From NCBI GenBank assembly GCA_965223295.1, contig CBDCWC010000002.1:640001-704000 (forward strand): a DNA stretch of 64,000 bases, read 5' to 3'. The notes below the pieces were generated by a model, which saw only the letters and a list, made by a program, of their open reading frames with translations, was not told where the DNA came from and searched no databases. Shown piece by piece: positions 61,536-64,000 of the stretch; the stretch's first letter is position 1, and the number at the start of each line of letters is the position of its first letter. The position numbers were made by a program, and so were the translations under genes. This DNA comes from Nitrospirales bacterium (lineage in GTDB: Bacteria > Nitrospirota > Nitrospiria > Nitrospirales > UBA8639).

Positions 61536-62306
61536 ATGAATCCCGTTCATACCATTATTGCCAAAGAACTCCGGAGCTTCTTTGTCTCGCCAGTCGTCTA
61601 TGTGATTGGTGCAATTTTTTTAGTTGTCGTGGGACTGCTTGCCTACCAAGCCGTGGCAAGCGCCAGCAACCAAGCCATTCGACTCATGCAACTACAAAAT
61701 ACCTATGCGCAACTCAATCTCAATGAAATGATCTTTCGTCCCTTGTTTCAAAGCATGAACCTTATTCTGATGATTATCTTACCGCTTCTAACGATGCGCC
61801 TATTTGCGGAAGAACGAAAACTTCGCACATTTGAGTTGCTTCTCACGTCGCCTATTGGCGTGAATGAAATAGTGTCGGGCAAATTCCTGAGCGTGGTGAT
61901 TGTGTATGCAGGGCTTCTTTCACTGACCGGCCTCATTCCTTTGACCCTAGCAGCCTATGCCACATTTGATTGGAATCCTATTATCCTTGGATATGTAGCC
62001 CTCCTGCTCCAAGGCGCTCTGATGTTGTCCATTGGCCTTGTTGCCTCGGCCCTTACTGAGAACCAAATTATTGCGGCATTTCTTAGCTTTGGGATTATTC
62101 TGGGACTTTGGGTACTCGGAGCTCTTAGTGCGGCTTTTGGTGATTCACCAGCAGGTCATATTCTTTCTTATCTCTCCTTCACAGAACATTTTGAACGGTT
62201 AATCCGTGGACTTCTGAATATGAAAGATCTCATGTACTACATATCAGGGATCGCCTTTATGTGGTTCGCGGCGCACCAAGCCATAGATGCCTACCGATGG
62301 AAATAA
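61536..62306 (+). CDS. ABC-2 permease (GldF-like)
   Basis: KELRSFFVSP, TMRLFAEERK..T.ELLLTSP, TENQIIA. Confidence 0.88.
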   Translation: MNPVHTIIAKELRSFFVSPVVYVIGAIFLVVVGLLAYQAVASASNQAIRLMQLQNTYAQLNLNEMIFRPLFQSMNLILMIILPLLTMRLFAEERKLRTFELLLTSPIGVNEIVSGKFLSVVIVYAGLLSLTGLIPLTLAAYATFDWNPIILGYVALLLQGALMLSIGLVASALTENQIIAAFLSFGIILGLWVLGALSAAFGDSPAGHILSYLSFTEHFERLIRGLLNMKDLMYYISGIAFMWFAAHQAIDAYRWK

Positions 62307-63820
62307 CACGCCTCGCCACAATACTTGGAGTAGGCGGACTGATCCTTACCTTAGGAGGATTTGGCCTTCCCCTCCTCATGCCCGACGCGGAGAACGCCGG
62401 GTCTATTTTTCTGGGAATCGGAACACTTTGTTTACTTGGCTATGTTGGTATTCATTTTCAAGGACTCGTCCAAGGCTCCCGAAAGCGCACAGCCCAATTA
62501 GGCACTCACAGCATTCTTGCTATTTTCCTTGCCGCTCTGGCCGTTGGACTCACGAACTTTCTTGCCAATAAACATGCTCCGGAATGGGATTTTTCAGAAA
62601 CCAGAAATTTCACCTTAAGTCGTCAGACCTATCAAGTCCTTCGGGCCTTACCACGCGAGGTCAACATTCATGTCTTTACGCGAGAGGGCAGCCCCGGCTA
62701 TGGCGCTTACCAGGACCTCTTAACGACCTACGATAAAGAAAGCGCTCTGTTGACAGTGGAATTCATCGATCCCGAGCGACATCCCGATAAAGCCAAGGCC
62801 TATCAAGTGACACGCATTGATACCGCTGTGGTTGAAAGCGGTCCACAGAAGATTTATCTCCAGCGCGCCGTTGAAGCTGATGTCACCAATGCTCTGCTAC
62901 GGGTGACACGAGACCTCAAAAAAGGCATTGCCTTTACAACCGGGCATGGAGAAAAAAGTTTTTCGGATACCGAAACTCCGGGAATGTCACGCGCCGCAGA
63001 TGCCTTAAAAAAGCAAGGGTATGAGGTTTCCACAGTCGAGTGGAACAAAATCGTACCCAGCAATGCGTCATTACTCGTGATTCCTTCACCAACCCAAGCC
63101 ATAGCCGAAGAAGATCGTGAACAGATCACCAAATTTCTTAGAAGAGGAGGCCGGCTGTTAGTCATGAACGACCCGAGCAGCCAAAATTCGTTAGATCAGC
63201 TCCTCGTACCCTGGGGAATTCAACTAGGAACAGGAATTCTTGCCGATGAACAAGATCGGTTAGGCCGCGGCAGTCCCACAGCCTTAATGGTCCGCACGTT
63301 TACCACACACGATATCACTGAAAATTTTACGACGCCTATTATTTTCCCAGTTTCGCGATCCATCACCTTCGACCCCGCGCTGGGCAAAGATTGGGACTAT
63401 GAATCATTAGCCCAAACCTCTCCCAAAAGTTGGGAAGAAACGACACTGACAAATACCGAACCCGTCTTTGATGAAGACCGGGACCAGGAAGGTCCATTCA
63501 CCGTTGCTGCTGTTTTAACCTCAAAACGTGTTGGGCAAGATCAGAAGCCAGAATCAGCTATCGTCGTCGTCGGCAACGCGGCCTTCGCGACAAACGGATG
63601 GCTGACCTATCCCGGCAACACCGACTTTTTCTTAAAAACCATTGCCTGGCTCACACAGGAAGAAGCACTCGTGTCCCTTACACCCAAAGAGCCCGCATTT
63701 CATCCTTTCGTTCCCAACCCCTCCCAGGAACAGGCCTTAGTCTTTTTTCAGGTGCTGGTGCTCCCCCTGATGGTACTCTTTTTAGGCCTTTCCGTATGGA
63801 AGAGGCGACGAAGCCTATAA
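62297..63820 (+). CDS. GldG-like ABC transporter auxiliary protein
   Basis: N-terminal TMs, WDFSETRNFTLS, FTTGHGE, C-terminal TM followed by WKRRR; start set at MEITRL. Confidence 0.85.
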   Translation: MEITRLATILGVGGLILTLGGFGLPLLMPDAENAGSIFLGIGTLCLLGYVGIHFQGLVQGSRKRTAQLGTHSILAIFLAALAVGLTNFLANKHAPEWDFSETRNFTLSRQTYQVLRALPREVNIHVFTREGSPGYGAYQDLLTTYDKESALLTVEFIDPERHPDKAKAYQVTRIDTAVVESGPQKIYLQRAVEADVTNALLRVTRDLKKGIAFTTGHGEKSFSDTETPGMSRAADALKKQGYEVSTVEWNKIVPSNASLLVIPSPTQAIAEEDREQITKFLRRGGRLLVMNDPSSQNSLDQLLVPWGIQLGTGILADEQDRLGRGSPTALMVRTFTTHDITENFTTPIIFPVSRSITFDPALGKDWDYESLAQTSPKSWEETTLTNTEPVFDEDRDQEGPFTVAAVLTSKRVGQDQKPESAIVVVGNAAFATNGWLTYPGNTDFFLKTIAWLTQEEALVSLTPKEPAFHPFVPNPSQEQALVFFQVLVLPLMVLFLGLSVWKRRRSL

Positions 63821-63823
63821 TAT

Positions 63824-64000
63824 GGGTTTGTTGAAAAAAGCCGCCAGCGGCGTTCTCGCCTTTTTTCCGTGCTCACGTAGAACCAGTACGCTACGCGCGC
63901 AAAAACGGCTGCGGCCTTGCTGGACGGACTTTTTTGAACAGACCCGAGGCTTTTGATCACCCAGGACTTCCTAAAGAAATATGGCCTTTGATATCTTCAT
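63824..64000 (+). repeat. MITE-like repeat copy G (core 63824-63945; tail cut by window end)
   Basis: gggtttgttgaaaaaag...cttttttgaacagaccc then tail ...gaaatatggcctttgatatcttcat. Confidence 0.9.

Noticed and set aside
17279-64000. Repeats as a CRISPR array
   Set aside because: Copies are dispersed kilobases apart, 120-270 bp long, with no repeat-spacer periodicity and no cas genes.

Overview
This 64 kb window is mostly core chromosome. Gene content and a characteristic ~120-190 bp intergenic repeat suggest a Nitrospirales/Nitrospirota-like bacterium (inference, not searched). Housekeeping content: lepB(partial)-lepA, bioA, a PyrR-attenuated pyrR-pyrB-pyrC-carA-carB-greA operon with non-pyrimidine genes interleaved, kynA plus a kynureninase-like gene, proA, tRNA-Phe, modABC, tatC, rimI-tsaB, radA, tatD, amidase-truA, class I aldolase, PIN/TRAM-ispD-ispF-cysE, PMM/PGM-manC-kdsC, elyC-like, Pal-like and a GldAFG-type ABC system. 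Mobile DNA: one TnpA-only IS200/IS605 element, one IS3-family element, seven copies of a structured MITE-like repeat, and a small GGGGTCAGACTCGAA REP-like family. The most notable observations are: (1) a secreted protein whose HH...HxH...M motif spacing matches PHM/dopamine-beta-monooxygenase type copper monooxygenases; (2) the MITE-like family, which shows compensatory base changes, a third terminal repeat, and nested ~30-40 bp hairpin modules inserted into it and into each other; (3) a DUF62 SAM-hydrolase homolog with Asp in place of the catalytic His; (4) two gene remnants missed by the ORF track, each next to an IS element. No CRISPR array, prophage or rRNA was seen.
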